Positions 45,288 through 59,839 of a DNA stretch of 64,000 bases are shown here, piece by piece. Both the position numbers and the translations under genes were made by a program. The notes beneath the pieces were generated by a model. It did not search any database and was not told the DNA's origin. It saw only the letters and a list, made by a program, of their open reading frames with translations. Source of the DNA: the human T2T-CHM13v2.0 reference genome, Homo sapiens; NCBI RefSeq assembly GCF_009914755.1, contig NC_060928.1; one strand, given 5' to 3'. How positions within the stretch are numbered: position 1 is the stretch's first letter; each line of letters starts with the position of its first letter.

Positions 45288-46916
45288 CTTAGGAGGGGAA
45301 AACATAAGCCTGGTTAAAAGCAAATACTCTCTTGAGGCAGATGTCAAAGGCACAAAATTGGAAGACTGTGGAGGGAGAACGGGGCTGGCTGAAGGCCAGA
45401 ACACTGGCCACCGTTCTTGCAGGCATCACCGCCTGCACCGCAGGGACCTTGGGTGTCCGGGCCCAGCTCCACCACATTGTCGGCGCCCCGCCACGCGCTC
45501 CATGGGGCGTACGGCAGCTGACTCACCCAGCAACCTGTGGATATGGCTGTTGCTTTTACGATTTGGACATTATTATGTCCTTTTATAGATTTGTAAGCCA
45601 AGCCATGGAGACACGATTTACTCTCTCAGTTAGGGTTCTGCCAGAAGCAGATCTTAGGAATCTAGTTCAAGAGTCTTATTTGGGAGGTGATTCCAGGAAA
45701 CACTGGCTGGGGATTGAGGAAGTGACATAAGGCAGGGAAAGCAGCCAATAAAGGGAGATTTCTCATCGAGGCACAGCTGAGGGCCCTGGCACTCAGTCCT
45801 GCTCGGGAACACGCCTCAGGGTCCTCCCACCCCAGGGGAAAGGGAGTTGGATGTGTTTCTGTCAGCCCAGTGCCGGAGGGCGGCTTCCCGAGCACTAACT
45901 TCCCAGAAGTTCCTGCTTGTCTTTCAAGGAGTCGGCCTGGCGGGCTTCTTCCAGAAAAGCCTGCAGGCAGAGGCTCGGGCTCCCCAGGAAAGATCTTTGC
46001 ATTAGAGACCAAGGGCAAGAGATGTGGCCCGAGACCCCCTGCTGCCCTCGCCTGAGGCCACCTGCTGCCCAGTAGGAGAGGCAGCTGCAAGCTCTGCCCG
46101 GCTCTAGGGCAGCCCATCAAGCAGCGCTTTCTGCAGCGAGGGGGGTGCCCTGTATCACAGCTGCCCAACCAGCAACCACCGGCCACATGTGGCTGTTAAG
46201 CTGGTGTGGCTGGTGCCACTGAGAAACTAACTTGTTCATTTTACTTAACATTACTTAATTTAAATTTAGATAGCCACGTGTGGTTAGTGGCTACCTTATG
46301 GCTTCCTGTAGCTCCAGAACCTGCCTGCTTACCCGCTCCCGGCTGGTACCGCTTCCAGATTTCTGTAACCTCTCTGAGCCCCGGTTTCCTTATCTTCAAA
46401 ATGGAGCTAGTTTCAGGCAAGCTGTGCTGTTCTAGCCTCTACTTGTCAGCTTGCCCTTAAAAACACTAAAACAACATATTTGGGGTCCACAGCTGCTCTG
46501 TCCAATAAGGCAGTCCTGAGCCGCATGTGGCCACCAATAACCTGAGGCTGTGGTTAGTCTGAACTGAGTTGTGTACATGTAAGATACTGAATTTTGAAGA
46601 GAGTACAGAAAACATCATGCAAAATATTAATGATTTTTACATTGATGACATGCTGAATTAATATGTGGATCCATTAGATTAAACATAATATATTATTAAA
46701 ATTCTCTTTAAATGGAGCTGAGCTTATCGAGGTGAATATCCTAAGGTCATTGGGACCAAAGAATTCCAGCCACCATCCTTGTGTCAGGAGCATCCCCGCT
46801 CCACCCCTCCCTCCTCCGGCTGCCTGTCTGAGTTCGGGAGGGAGTGAACTTGAACCTGCAGGACACCCCCTTCCAGGCCCCAGCTGCCCCCAGAAGGCCC
46901 AGGGCCGGCTGCATAC

Positions 46917-47037
46917 CTTTCTTCCTGGCCAGAGCGATGATGTCGGCTGCACTCTTGCTCATGACCTTGGTGATGTACACAGGGCAGTTGATCCGGCCCG
47001 CAATGGTGATGGCCCGGAACACCGCCTCGGCCTCCAG
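46917..47037 (-). CDS. CRMP1: CRMP1 exon 8, 121 bp
   Basis: gttcag|CTGGAG...AGAAAG|gtatgc; encodes [40 protein letters not shown](G). Confidence 0.97.
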
Positions 47038-47507
47038 CTGAACACGGCACACACAGTGTCACAGGAGGGAAGGCTGGTGTAACAGCTACCACCCATCTCC
47101 ATTTTCCTTAATTGAATGTGATCAGAAGGGAAATCTGCTCCATTGAATGAGAAGGACATACTGAGTCCAACAGCGCTTGACAGTGCCCCCTGCTCTCCGG
47201 GGTGGAGCATTGGTCTCACGCTGGGATACGGCAGCAACATCCAAGCGCTATACAAGTTTATAGCACTGCCTCCCAGTTCTGTCCTGACCTCACCATGGGC
47301 CAGGAACATACAGCTCGTGGCCATCCCTGGGCTGTGGAGCTCATGAAGAGCACTGGGTGGGATCTCAAGCCCCTCAGGACACGGAACCTGTCCACTCATG
47401 TGGACTCATGTCTGTGTCCCCTGTGTCCAGCAGACACCAGGCCCAGGGCATGGGCCCAGAAGACTCGGTAATGACCTGATGAGGACATCAGAAAATGTCC
47501 TCAACTT

Positions 47508-48090
<583 letters not shown>

Positions 48091-48179
48091 TCAACTCAAA
48101 GGATGGCTGCCAGGGTGCCCACTCTATTCCATGCCCGATCAGCTTGCCTTCCTCCTTCCACACTCCCTGCAGGTGCATG

Positions 48180-48309
48180 CACATGCACCCACACTCACAC
48201 ACTCTCTCACACACACACACACACACTCACTCACACACACACACACGCACTGTCTCTCTCACACACACACACTAACATACACACACTCACACACACACAT
48301 ACACACACA
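48180..48309 (+). repeat. (CA)n/(CT)n compound microsatellite
   Basis: Direct reading. Confidence 0.92.
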
Positions 48310-48701
48310 GCCAGTCCAGGGGAAGTCATCCTTTTTCAAGGCTTGGGAACAGGGCAGGCAGTGGGAGTTGTCTCCTGGGTGCTGGGCTTGGGCATGCGGC
48401 TCCACTTTCCTATTATCCACTATGCCATGTCCTCCATGAGAATCCGTATCCACTTGGGACACTGAAGCACCCACGGGGCCTTGGAGTGAAGTTCCAGGAC
48501 CCTGGGAGAGGCAGCACCTCTTCCTGTCTTCTCCAGCCAGCAGTCCCCAGGGTTCCCGGGGAAAACAAGATGGTTTGGGATGGTCTGGGAGAGGACACGG
48601 GAAGAGGCCGGGTCCTGGCTGGGCTACTCCAGCTGGAACAGCATCAAGGTGAGTGCTCAGTGGTGAGTGTCAGAGTCATGCCCAAGTTGAGGAGTCCTTA
48701 C

Positions 48702-48770
48702 CTCTTCAGGTCTGCTCAGGGCATGGCCCTCGGGACCCGTGATGCCCATCTCCAGGATCCGCTTTTGTTC
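48702..48770 (-). CDS. CRMP1: CRMP1 exon 7, 69 bp
   Basis: cttgtag|GAACAA...GAAGAG|gtaagg; encodes [23 protein letters not shown]. Confidence 0.96.
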
Positions 48771-51622
48771 CTACAAGACAAGAACAAGTGAGTTAACGAT
48801 TAGAGGGTGTCAGAGCTGGGAGAAGTGACTCCTCCAACCCCCTGGTTAGACAGAGGGGGCAGCTGGGTCCCAAAGAGGCGAGTGGCTTGCACTAGGTTAA
48901 CAGTGTGCGGGGTGGGGGCAGTGAACTGTGTCCCCTCCACTACACACCCATCCACCTTCCCCTTTGTAGCCCTGCATGGCTCCATCTGCACCTGCTTTAT
49001 ATTGAATCTCCCGGGATCAATGAGAGGAAGCAGGGTTATAAGACACGAGCTTCCAAGGCCACCCACCACTCTCTGAATCTCGGAGTCTCCCTGCAGGCCT
49101 CTCCTCTGGGAAGAAACGTGGTGTTTGGGTACAACATGGATATCTTCAACTAGGAATCCTACTCTAGTCTTTGATGTTGAAATCAAAGATCCCGAAACTG
49201 GGAGTCCAGATCCAGAACAGCCGTCTCTGTGACTTTGGGCAGGTTGGTCAAGCTCTCTTGACCTCAGTCTCCTCTTCTGTACACTGGGGATAACGGTGCT
49301 TGTACTGCAGAGTTACTACGCTGATCAGATGAGCGAGCATACGAAACATGCTCAGCACAAAACCTGGAGCTGAGCGAGCACACGCTCATTAATTGGCAGC
49401 CGGCTCTCATACCTACTTCAGCTGCCTCTTCCTGGCATCTGTCTTTATGGCGGGAAACCACTACCTGAAACTTATCATATAACCTTGAAATGGTTCCCTG
49501 GGCTGATGGCCTAGATTCAAATCCATCTGGTCCAAAGTTTCTTTGTCCCAGGAACACTTTAATTTCTAAAATAAAAAATAAAAAAAAAATTTGACATTGC
49601 CCAGATGCCAGCTGTACTGCTGCTAATTTTAACTTCCTCAGTGTCTGTGTCATTGTTCTTAGACATCACCCCGTCATGAACCCTGGGCCTCATCACCCAT
49701 GAAAAGAAATCACAATCTCAACTGCGCGTCTATGGTTATTAAGCTCGAGGTTATTACAAGAATATAAATGGGAAACCATTTCAAAGTCTAACAGCTGGGT
49801 AGATTGAAGTAAACAATGGAATAATTTCAGCTACCGAAGACACTGTTTACAAAGCATTTTTAGAAAATGTTTACAAAAAGATTTTAGAATACCGAGAAAT
49901 CCCTCTGTGAAATTGTTTACATGTCAGTTACTATTCTGGAAGGAAAGAGGAAGTAAGGAGGGGGAGGGCAGGGGAGGGAAGGGGAATGGAGGGAAGGGGA
50001 GGAAGGGAAGAAAGCCAGGAGGGAGGGAGAAGAGGCGAGGAAGGGAGGATGAAAGATGACATGATGAAGAAAAACAAAGACGAGAGTAGGATTTCTAGTC
50101 TAAAATAATGGACTACACACATGCATTTGTTTCACTGCCTTCCAAAACACACAGAAGTCACAAGAGAAAGAGACACACAGGAACCAAGAAACTACAGAGA
50201 AGACCAGAGGAACAAAATGTTGAAAGCTGGAAAGCAGATGTCCAAAAGGTGACGGATGTGCTGGAGCTGGAACAGCTAAATCTCTGCTGGCAGTGAGGAG
50301 AGCAAAGCCCCTTATGTGCCACTCAGGAGCTGGGGGCTGCAGGCTGGACCTCTCTCACACTGGTGCAGGGGTGCGTGCACGCTGGAAAACTGTGTAGCAG
50401 TAACCACTAACGCTGAATCTACACACACCCTAGGACCCAGCCATTCCTCTCTTAGGTATATACCAGCTAAAGATGTGAACCTATGGTTAATAAAAGGCTG
50501 AACAAGAGTGGAGCAAGAACAAGCACAGAAGCCTCACGCATCACGGTTCCAAATGTGAAACTATCCAAATATCCAACAACTGGAGAATACATTGTGCAGA
50601 TTCGTGCGGTGGAATTCTACACACCGATGAAATAGAAAAAGCTAGTGCTATGCCTGGCCAAAGATGGATCTCACACGCCTCGGATTGAGCAAATGGAGCC
50701 GGACATAAGACAGTGTGTGCTGTATGCTTCCATTTTTAGAAAGTTTAAAATCAGCTAAGATTTGTGTGGCAGCAACTTCTAAGATGACTCCCAGTGATCC
50801 CGCCTCCTGCTTTTCAAGGCCCTGCAGGGTCCCCTCCCCTGGAGTGTGGGCTGGACCCAGCACCTTGCTTCTGATGAGCAGAACAAGACAAAAGGGTTGG
50901 GCTGTCACTCCCGAGGTCAGGTTACAGAGACTCTGGCTTCCGACCTGCTCACCTACTGCTTTTTGGTTAATCTGCTCTGAAGGAAGCCGCCTCGCTGGGG
51001 CTGCCCATGTGCAAGGAACCGAGGGAGGCCTCTGGCCAGCAGCCAGCAAAGAACAGACCATCACATTAGCCTGACAGCTAGCAAGGAGCTATATCCAGAA
51101 ATACACCACCTACGAGAGGCTGGATGCAAATCCTGCACCAGTTGAGCCTTGAGATGCTCACCGCCCCCAACCTGCCACTCACTATGGCCTGTGAGACCCT
51201 CAGTCAGAAATAGCTGAGCTGCACCTGGAGTCCAGACCCACAGGACCATGAGATAATTTGCTTTAAGACGCTATGTTCTGAAGTAATTTGTTATGCAATC
51301 ATGGATGACTAGTACAGGTTTTGTTACCAGAAGTAGGGTGTTACCATAAAAGATATCTAAATGTGTGGAAGAGGCTCTGGAACCAGGCAGCAAATGAATT
51401 CCCAAACAGCAATTTAAATAGCCTTGAATGGACTCTTAGAAGAAATAGGGCCTCTGAGGACATTGAGTCCTCACAGGAGGCAAGAAGCAGCCATAAACAG
51501 TCTTGCGAAGAAACCAAGGATGTGAGTCTACAGCCCCTTGTTAAGAACTCAGAAAGATGAGGGGTGGTGCCTCCCAGTATTATCAGCCACAAGAAAGAGA
51601 TCCTTTAAATAGGGACCTTTTA

Positions 51623-51922
51623 GGCTGGGCATGGTGGCTCACACCTGCAATCCCAGCACTGTGGGAGGCCGAGGCGGGCAGATCACTTGAGGTCGGGAGT
51701 TCAAGACCAGCCTGGCCAACATGGTAAAAACCCATCACTACTAAAAATACAAAAATTAGCTAGGCGTGGTGGCGCATGCCTATAGTCCCAGCTACTCAGG
51801 AGGCTGAGGCACAAGAATCACTTGAACCCAGGAGACGGGGGCTGCAATGAGCCAAGATTGCACCACTGTACTCCAGTGTGGATGACAGAATGAGACTAAG
51901 TCTCAAAAAAATTTAAAAAAAA
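51623..51922 (+). mobile_element. Alu (AluS-like)
   Basis: GGCTGGGCATGGTGGCTCACACCTGCAATCCC... with A tail. Confidence 0.93.
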
Positions 51923-52207
51923 TTTTTTTGAAGAGACATTTCAAAGAGATGAAGGCTGTGCCTGTGGACCATCTCAGTCAAACTACAGGGCCTCTGGGAA
52001 GCTTGCAGTTGTGTCTCTCAGCTCTCTCATCAGGGTAGCGGAGGGATTATCTGGAAGAAGTGGGTGCCTTTTGTCTTATGGTGTGAACCCCAGCGAGATT
52101 CACAGGAGGTCCACAGATTTTTAGGAGAGTTGCCTTAGCAAAATACTGGAAGCTGAGACTGAACACAGGCATGTGATGTGAAAAGAAGCAGTTGGATCCC
52201 CAAAATT

Positions 52208-52732
<525 letters not shown>

Positions 52733-53747
52733 TAACTCCTTGGTGCCTTCTATTTTTCCCTTTTTGAATAGGAATGTCAGGTCCACCACTGCATGTTGTA
52801 TATCAGGAGGGTCAGGGAGATATCTTCCTTCTTTAGCTTCATAGACCTACAGATTATGGGAAATACAGCCAAGGAGCCTCATCCACACCTGGACCTGGTT
52901 TGGATGATGAGATTCCAGACTGTGAACTAATGCTGTTATGAGATTTTGGAGAACCATGGGAAGGGGTGATTGTAATTTGCATGGGAGAGGAACATCAATC
53001 ATGGGGGCCAGAAGACAGATTGGGAGGAAGTCTCAGATGTGGCCCTAATAATTCTCACTTCCTGACATTCCTGCCCTTGTATAATCCCTTCTTTTTGAGT
53101 GTGGGCTGGATGCAGTGACCTGTTAGCAATGAACAGAATACTCTTGCATGATGGAACTAAGGCACTGTTGGTTTTTTACATTGAATTTGAAAGAATTTCA
53201 ATTGTGCAGGAAAACTACAAGGACTCAGATAAGAAGAAGTGAAGTCAATGAACCTTAATGGTGAAGCTTTAGATCTCCAGCACTGAACCATCATGTTGCT
53301 CTTCCACTGCGCTCTGGAACTAGAGGGAACTGGTTAACATCCTAACTCTACTGCCCCATGAGCAACAGTGAGCAACTTATTCATATCTGAGCTTCAGTTT
53401 CCCTATCTATAAAATGGGAATAATTATATCTACCTCACGGAGTAGTTGTGAGTATCAATATGTGAAGTCCTTTGCATCATGTCTGGCATTAACTACCTTT
53501 ACTGGCTGCATCCAAACCTTCCCCTATAAGCCTGGCTTGATTTACAACATTATGACCAATCCATGCCTCTGCACCAGAGACCCAGGAGCCTGCCTGACTT
53601 CTTTCTCTTCTTCCTCCACCCAATCCGTCCATGGGTCCTGTAGATTGTGTTTCCCTCCTGTCATGCTCACCTCTTCCATCTCCTATCTCCTCTCTTCATT
53701 TCTTATGAGACTTGCTGAAATAGAACCTAGCTAGTCACCCTGACTTC

Positions 53748-54092
53748 ATTTTTTTTTTTTTTTGAGACAGAGTCTCACTCTGTTGCCCAGGCTGGAGTGC
53801 AGTGGCGTGATCTCAGCTCACTGCAAGCTCCAACTTCCAGGTTCAAGCAATTCTCTGCCTCAGCCTCACACCTGATAATGGCTGTATTCTCACCTGTAAT
53901 ACCTGTATTCCCACCTGTAATAGCTGGGATTACAGGTGTGCTCCACCACACCCAGCTAATTTTTGTATTTTTTAGTAGAGATGGGGTTTTGCCATGTTGG
54001 CCAGGCTGGTCTCACACTCTTGGCCTCAAGTGATCAGCCCACCTCGGCCTCTCAAAGTGCTGGTATTACAGGCGTGAGCCACAACTCCCAGC
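53748..54092 (-). mobile_element. Alu with an internal ~50-bp insertion
   Basis: Alu consensus interrupted between CTCAGCCTC and TAGCTGGGATTACAGG. Confidence 0.92.
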
Positions 54093-54224
54093 TTTCATTC
54101 TTTTCCCAACAAATTCTCCACTCCACAGCTAGAATTATCAAAATATGTTCATGTCTCATTTTATCCAAAACTTTTGCATGGCTGCAGTCCATTATGTGTC
54201 AGATTCTGAACCTCACATACACGA

Positions 54225-54594
54225 TGTCTTACTCTGTTTTCTGATGCTATTACAGAATACCATAGACTTGGTAATTTTACAGAAAATAAGTGTATTTCCC
54301 ATGGTTCTGGAGGCTGGGAAATCTAATAACAAGGTGCCAGCATCTGGTGAGGGCCTTCTTGCTGCATCATAGCATTGCGGTGGGCATCACATGAGACAGC
54401 AGGTGCATGCCAGCTCAGGCCTCTCTTCTTCTCCTTATAAAGCCACTAATCCCGTCATAAGGCCCCCACCCTGATGATCTCATCTAATCCAAATTACCTC
54501 CCTAAGGCCTCACCTCCAAATACCATCAACATACTAGCTTGTGCATTAAGTTTTCAACATATGAACTTTTGAAGGACACATTCAAGCCATGGCA
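54225..54594 (-). mobile_element. MST-family MaLR LTR
   Basis: TGTCTTACTCTGTTTTCTGATGCTATTACAGAATACCATAGAC...GGTTCTGGAGGCTGGGAA...GGACACATTCAAGCCATGGCA. Confidence 0.8.
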
Positions 54595-54992
54595 CATAAT
54601 ATCATTTGATCCACACAATAACACTGCCAGGTGGTTGTTTCTGGAAGAAAAATAAGAGTGTTCATGGGAAAAAGTTCCTTGCCCAAGGTCACATGGCTAG
54701 GAGATGCAGGAGACTGGCATGGAACACCTCCTCCAAGCCTGGGCTTTTCCATGATGCCCACTCCCAATTCCTGAAGACAATGAGGAACACCAGCTTCCAT
54801 GTGCATTGCCACTGGTATGACCTAGGTTTGCAAAGCATTTTCATTCATATCTGATGTGTCTGATATGACACCCAGTTCCTGGCTTGACCTTTCATTGTAC
54901 AGCCTCCTCACTAACCAATGCTCTTTTATCAAACCTTTTGCAACAAGGAGAATCAGACTGAGGTAGAAGGAGTGGAAATTCTTGCCACTCAC

Positions 54993-55073
54993 CTGAGCTA
55001 TCAAATCTCCATTTTCTGCATGGACCAAGATCACAGCTCCCAGGCCCTTAAGGAAGGTAAAGGCTTCATAGAG
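54993..55073 (-). CDS. CRMP1: CRMP1 exon 6, 81 bp
   Basis: tccatag|CTCTAT...GCTCAG|gtgagt; encodes LYEAFTFLKGLGAVILVHAENGDLIAQ. Confidence 0.97.
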
Positions 55074-57008
55074 CTATGGAGAGATAAACAGGGGTTGGTG
55101 TGAGATTTAAAAAAAAAAAAAAATCACAGCGTGTGCATTCATGAAGACCGTTCCGATCACACCCATTCGGTCATTCACCTGCCAGCCTCTGCAAACACAT
55201 TCATGTGGATGGAATATGCTGCTACACAAGTCAGACTTGGAAGGATCATTCCTTGACCCTGACATCTTGCAGACCCAAAAGCAGGAAGCTGAGGATGGGG
55301 CACAACTGGTCCAAGTCACCCCAGGGCATGAAGACAGACTCAATCTCAGTGCCTATCTATGCCTTTTGCTGTCTTTTTGGGTTGGCTTTTTTGAAACACC
55401 TGTAGGTGTTAATGGCAGCAACTGGTCCTGAGAAGTCACTGTTAGTTTTACAGAAATTATCTAACTAAATCTGCTAAGCCTGTACCATAGCCACCTACAT
55501 GCCACAGAATATGTGTGCATCCTTACAAAAATATGAACCCATGCCATTTTATGGACAATGGTGGGGTGGGGGAAACCAGCTCTCTAATAACTCCAATACT
55601 CAGAAAATATATAGCATGCCAACCATCCTCTCAATTAGACAAAACAGGCCCTCCCCACTGCCCAGTGTTCTCTTCCTACCTGAGGAGAATCTGCATTTGG
55701 GCATTGCCCCTGGTAAGGGCCAAAGCCACGAAGCTCCCTCTCCAGGGACACTTGAACCTCAACTTTGTTCTCCATGCATGCAAGACAACATCCCCTCGGA
55801 TGTCTGCTTTCCGACAGACATCCCTATTTCAGCAAATAGGGAAGGCATGTGGAGGCATGAAGCACTTTTGAGAACCTGCACGCAGAGGCTGCTCGATTCC
55901 ATCCATGCCCATGGCTCCAGTAGTTAGAATGAAACAGGTGAAAATCACAATTATGCCAGCACATCACATGCTATGTTTTCTATGTAACTGAACCAATTTT
56001 CAGCTCTTTGAATGTCTTTTGTTGACTGTATCAAAGGCCTCCAGGACATCTTGGGATAAGTTATTTTCTGTAACCCCAAGTGTTTATCTGAAAGGAAGGA
56101 CATAAAGTGCTTCTCCCGTTGCCCATCTATCTTCATGGTAATAACCAATTACCCTGCTAACTGATGCCTGTATGGCACCATTCTCTGCTAGGCACCATCC
56201 TAGCACTTTACTCTTCTTATGAAATCATTCAACTGCCTCTATAAGGTAGGGCTATCATGAGCCTAAAGCACAGAGAAGTTGGGAAAGCTGCCCCTGGCTG
56301 CAGAGCAAGCACCTGGCTTGGCTGTAGCCTCCATGATTTTCTCCACCACACTAACAAGCAGAGCAAGGGAAACTGACAGTGAAACAAAACTAGGAGACCC
56401 AGTAGTATAAGAAGGCCAGGTGTCCTGTAAGTCGTAACCACTCCTCCTGAAGAACAACTTGCGGCTCCATATCCCTTGACTTGGTGCATGTACATAATAA
56501 TTGTTTGCTGTTGGCAGGGCCAGAAATGTTCCATCTTACAAATGTGAGGAGATGACTTGCCCAGCATGTTGCAGTTGCTGTGAGGGAAGGCCAGGCAGTC
56601 TCTCTTCCTGTGTCAGAGCTCATAAATGGTCCCCATCCTTGCCTGAATACCAGGATCAAACGCAGAGCTTTCGGGAAGTACAGGCTCCTGAGTCCAACAC
56701 CCAACATCTGGAACATGCACTAAGAATCTGTATTTCAAGTGAGCTCTCCAGATGATGCTGAGGATAAGCCAGATTTGGGAGCCACCAAACCAGGGAACCC
56801 CTTCTGCATGCCACTCACACAGTCAGAAAAGAACAGAAGCCCAGCTGGGGCAATGACTGACACCGTATCACACAGCCATTCCATGCCAGAACCAGGACTC
56901 GAATCCCACGGCTTCTCACAATCTCCCTTGCCCTGTGCTGCCTGGACTGGCAAAGCTGGCCCAGTCCTGCCCAGACAAGAGAGGAGAGAGTGAGTGTGAG
57001 GGACCTAC

Positions 57009-57070
57009 CTGGCTGTCGGACATTTGGTAGACATCCTTATAGGCCATGTAGACTTGGAAGGAATTGACGC
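57009..57070 (-). CDS. CRMP1: CRMP1 exon 5, 62 bp
   Basis: aaacag|GCGTCA...AGCCAG|gtaggt; encodes (G)VNSFQVYMAYKDVYQMSDSQ. Confidence 0.96.
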
Positions 57071-57285
57071 CTGTTTCAAGATAGAAAGGATAGAAAAATA
57101 TGTTTAAGAAAAAACAGAAGCATGTCTTTCCAATAAATCAATGACCACAGAGCAGAGTGGTAGTCGCCAGGAGAGATGAGTGCCATTGGGATCCCCAGTG
57201 GGGCACCTATCCAGCCTGAGGATGTGGGCGAAGGTCAAAGGAAGCTTCCAGGGAAGGTCACACCTAAGCAGAATCTGAAGGTGAT

Positions 57286-57609
57286 GGAGGAGAAAGGGAG
57301 GAGAAGGAGGAGGAAGGGGAGGAGAAGGAGAAAGAGGAGGAGGAGGAAGAGGAGAAGGAGGAGGATGAAGAGGAGGAGAAAGAGGACGAGGAGGAAGAGG
57401 AAGAGGAGGAAAAAGAAGAGGAGGAGAAAGAAGGAGAAGGGGAGGAGGAGGAGGAAGAGGAGCAGGAGGAGGAAGAGGAAGAGGAAGAGGAGGAGGAAGA
57501 AAAAGAGGAGAAAGAGAAGGAGAAGAGGAAGAGGAGGAAGAGGAGGAGAAAGGGAGAAGAAGGAGGAAGAGGAAGAGGAGGAGAAAGAGGACGAGGAGGA
57601 GGAGGAAAA
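57286..57609 (+). repeat. GA-rich polypurine tract (AGG/AAG), ~320 bp
   Basis: Almost pure A/G with only a few pyrimidines. Confidence 0.95.
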
Positions 57610-58715
57610 CTCCCCAGGCTGAGAGGGAGGGGTGTGGTAAGGATAAGGAAGGGTGTGATGAGCATCTGCAATACGGAAGATGAAAAGACATTAGTCATGC
57701 AGCTTCTAGAAAGTGTCCTAAAGCATGTGCTTTTTTATCCCATTTCTTTAAAGAATTGTGTTTGCAATTCCCATAAAGACATCAACAGTGACAGCTGCTC
57801 CGTCAGGGAGAGCTGAGTTCAGGCCTCAGTTGCTGTGTGGCACTTGAGACGTTACTGCACCTCTCTGGGTTTCACTTTCCCCATTTCTGCAAAGAGGACA
57901 TTACACCAAACGTGTTGGTTTCCCATCCTGGAAATGCCCTGCACTGGACTGCACAGTACACTCATGACAAATAGCAAGATTTCTGGGCAAGCCCTTCTGA
58001 CTTAGAGAAGGACGCACTAAAATGCTTCAGGACCAAGGAAACCAGGCGTGTTCCTCCTCCCTTTCTTCCCTCCCTCCCTGCTTCTCTCCTCTTTTCCTTT
58101 CCTAACTTATTTATTCATGTTACAAACACTTACTGAGAGCCTGCTGTATGCTGGGCATGTGCTAAGCACTTGAGATACAGAAGTTACTAAAGGCATCTTT
58201 CATGAAATCAATCAGCTGGTCCACTGATATTGGATGCAACTCTCTGTGCAGGTCCCAGCCATGCAACTGTGAGTAAGACGACAAGTCCCTGCCCGTAGGG
58301 GGCTCGCCATCTGGGCTGGGGTGTGGGAGTATCAGCAAGTCAATGGGCAAAGACAACTTAGTCTGATGATCCCTATGTGGGGGATGCATGGGGGGGTTGC
58401 ATCTGTCAGGGGGCTTCAGGGAAGGCTTCCCAGGGGAGTACAGCTCAGCACGAACAGGAGAATCGCTAGGAAAAGGCAGGGAGACTGTTCCTGAAGGGGC
58501 CAGTGCTCACTCACACAGCCCCAAGAGCCAGAGGCAGCCTCGAGCAGATGGGAAACGGAGGTGCAGGGGGCTGGGGCTCTGGGCCCCAGGAACTGGAACA
58601 AGCCAGTCTGGAGGAGCAGGCGCATCCTGATGAGCCAGGCAGACAGCTTGCAATTTATTCTGGGGATAATGTGGAATTGCTGAGAGCATTTAAGCTGATT
58701 AGAAAATAAAAACAC

Positions 58716-59003
58716 AGGTGGGAGCAGTGGCTCACGCCTGTAATCCCAGCAATTTGGGAGGCCAAGGCAGGTGGATCACCTGAGGTCAAGAGTTCAGGAC
58801 CAGCCTGGCCAATATGGTGATACCCCGTCTCTACTAAAAATACAAAAATTAGCCGGGTGTGGTGGCAGGTGCCTGTAATCCAAGCTACTTGGGAGGCTGA
58901 GGGGGAAGAATCACTTTAACCTGGGAGGCAGTGAGCTGAGATCTCGCCATTGCACTCCAGCCTGGGTGACAGAGTAAGACTCCATCAGAAGGAAAGAAAG
59001 AAA
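58716..59003 (+). mobile_element. Alu (AluS-like)
   Basis: GCAGTGGCTCACGCCTGTAATCCCAGC...GAGTAAGACTCCATC plus (GAAA)n tail. Confidence 0.92.
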
Positions 59004-59014
59004 GAGCTGCATCT

Positions 59015-59490
59015 AAGAGATAGCAAGTGTTGATGAGGATGTGGAGAAAAGGCAATTCCTGAGCACCGTTTGTGGGAATGTAAATTAGCACAGCCACCTC
59101 TATGGGGAACAGTACGGAGGCTCCTCACAAAACTAAGAACTGAATTACCATATGCTTCAGCAGTCCCACTACCGGCTGAAAATCCAAAGGAATTGAAATC
59201 AGAATACCCAGGGGATATCCCCACTCCCGTGTTCATTGAGGCATTGTTTATAACAGCCAAGATTAGGAAGCAACCTGTGTCCATCAATGAATGAATGGAT
59301 TTTATAAATGTGGTAAACATACACAATGGATGCCTTAGTAAAGAAGGACATCGTGTCATTTGCAGCAACAAAGTTGAAGCTGTGGAACCCTATGTTAAGG
59401 GAAATAAGTCAGGCACAGAAAGGCAAACACTGCAGCATCTCACTTATATGTGGAATCTAAAAAGTTGATTTCATAGAAGCATACAAAGTT
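59015..59490 (+). mobile_element. L1MA-like fragment
   Basis: GAGGATGTGGAGAAAAGG...GGGAATGTAAATTAG...GAATTACCATATG...TCACTTATATGTGGAATCTAAAAAGTTGA. Confidence 0.8.
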
Positions 59491-59839
59491 GAAAGGTTGC
59501 TGCCAGGACCTGAGCACCATCGCCATTCGCCTGCTGGTGACCCAGCCCAGATGCGCACAGCACAGGGCTCCCTGGATGCCTGCAGGCAGCACAGACCCAC
59601 TAGGCCTCACGGAGCCCAGTGTCTTTCCCTACAAACTCCACTGCCACTCCAGAGACCCTCCCATCTCAGTGAGGGGCGTCCTAAACGACCATTTGCTTAA
59701 GGCGGCAACCTGGGGAAAATTGCTCAGAACTTAACATTAGGTAAGGAAAGTAAGATACAAGACTGTCAATTTCCTTGGATTATGACTCTGTTATGTAGTT
59801 GCAGTGAATCACGCAGCAACTGCAATACAAGGATAATGC

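Noticed and set aside
57104-57698. Protamine-like poly-Arg/Lys, poly-Pro and poly-Ser ORFs
   Set aside because: Translations of a stop-free GA-rich low-complexity tract.
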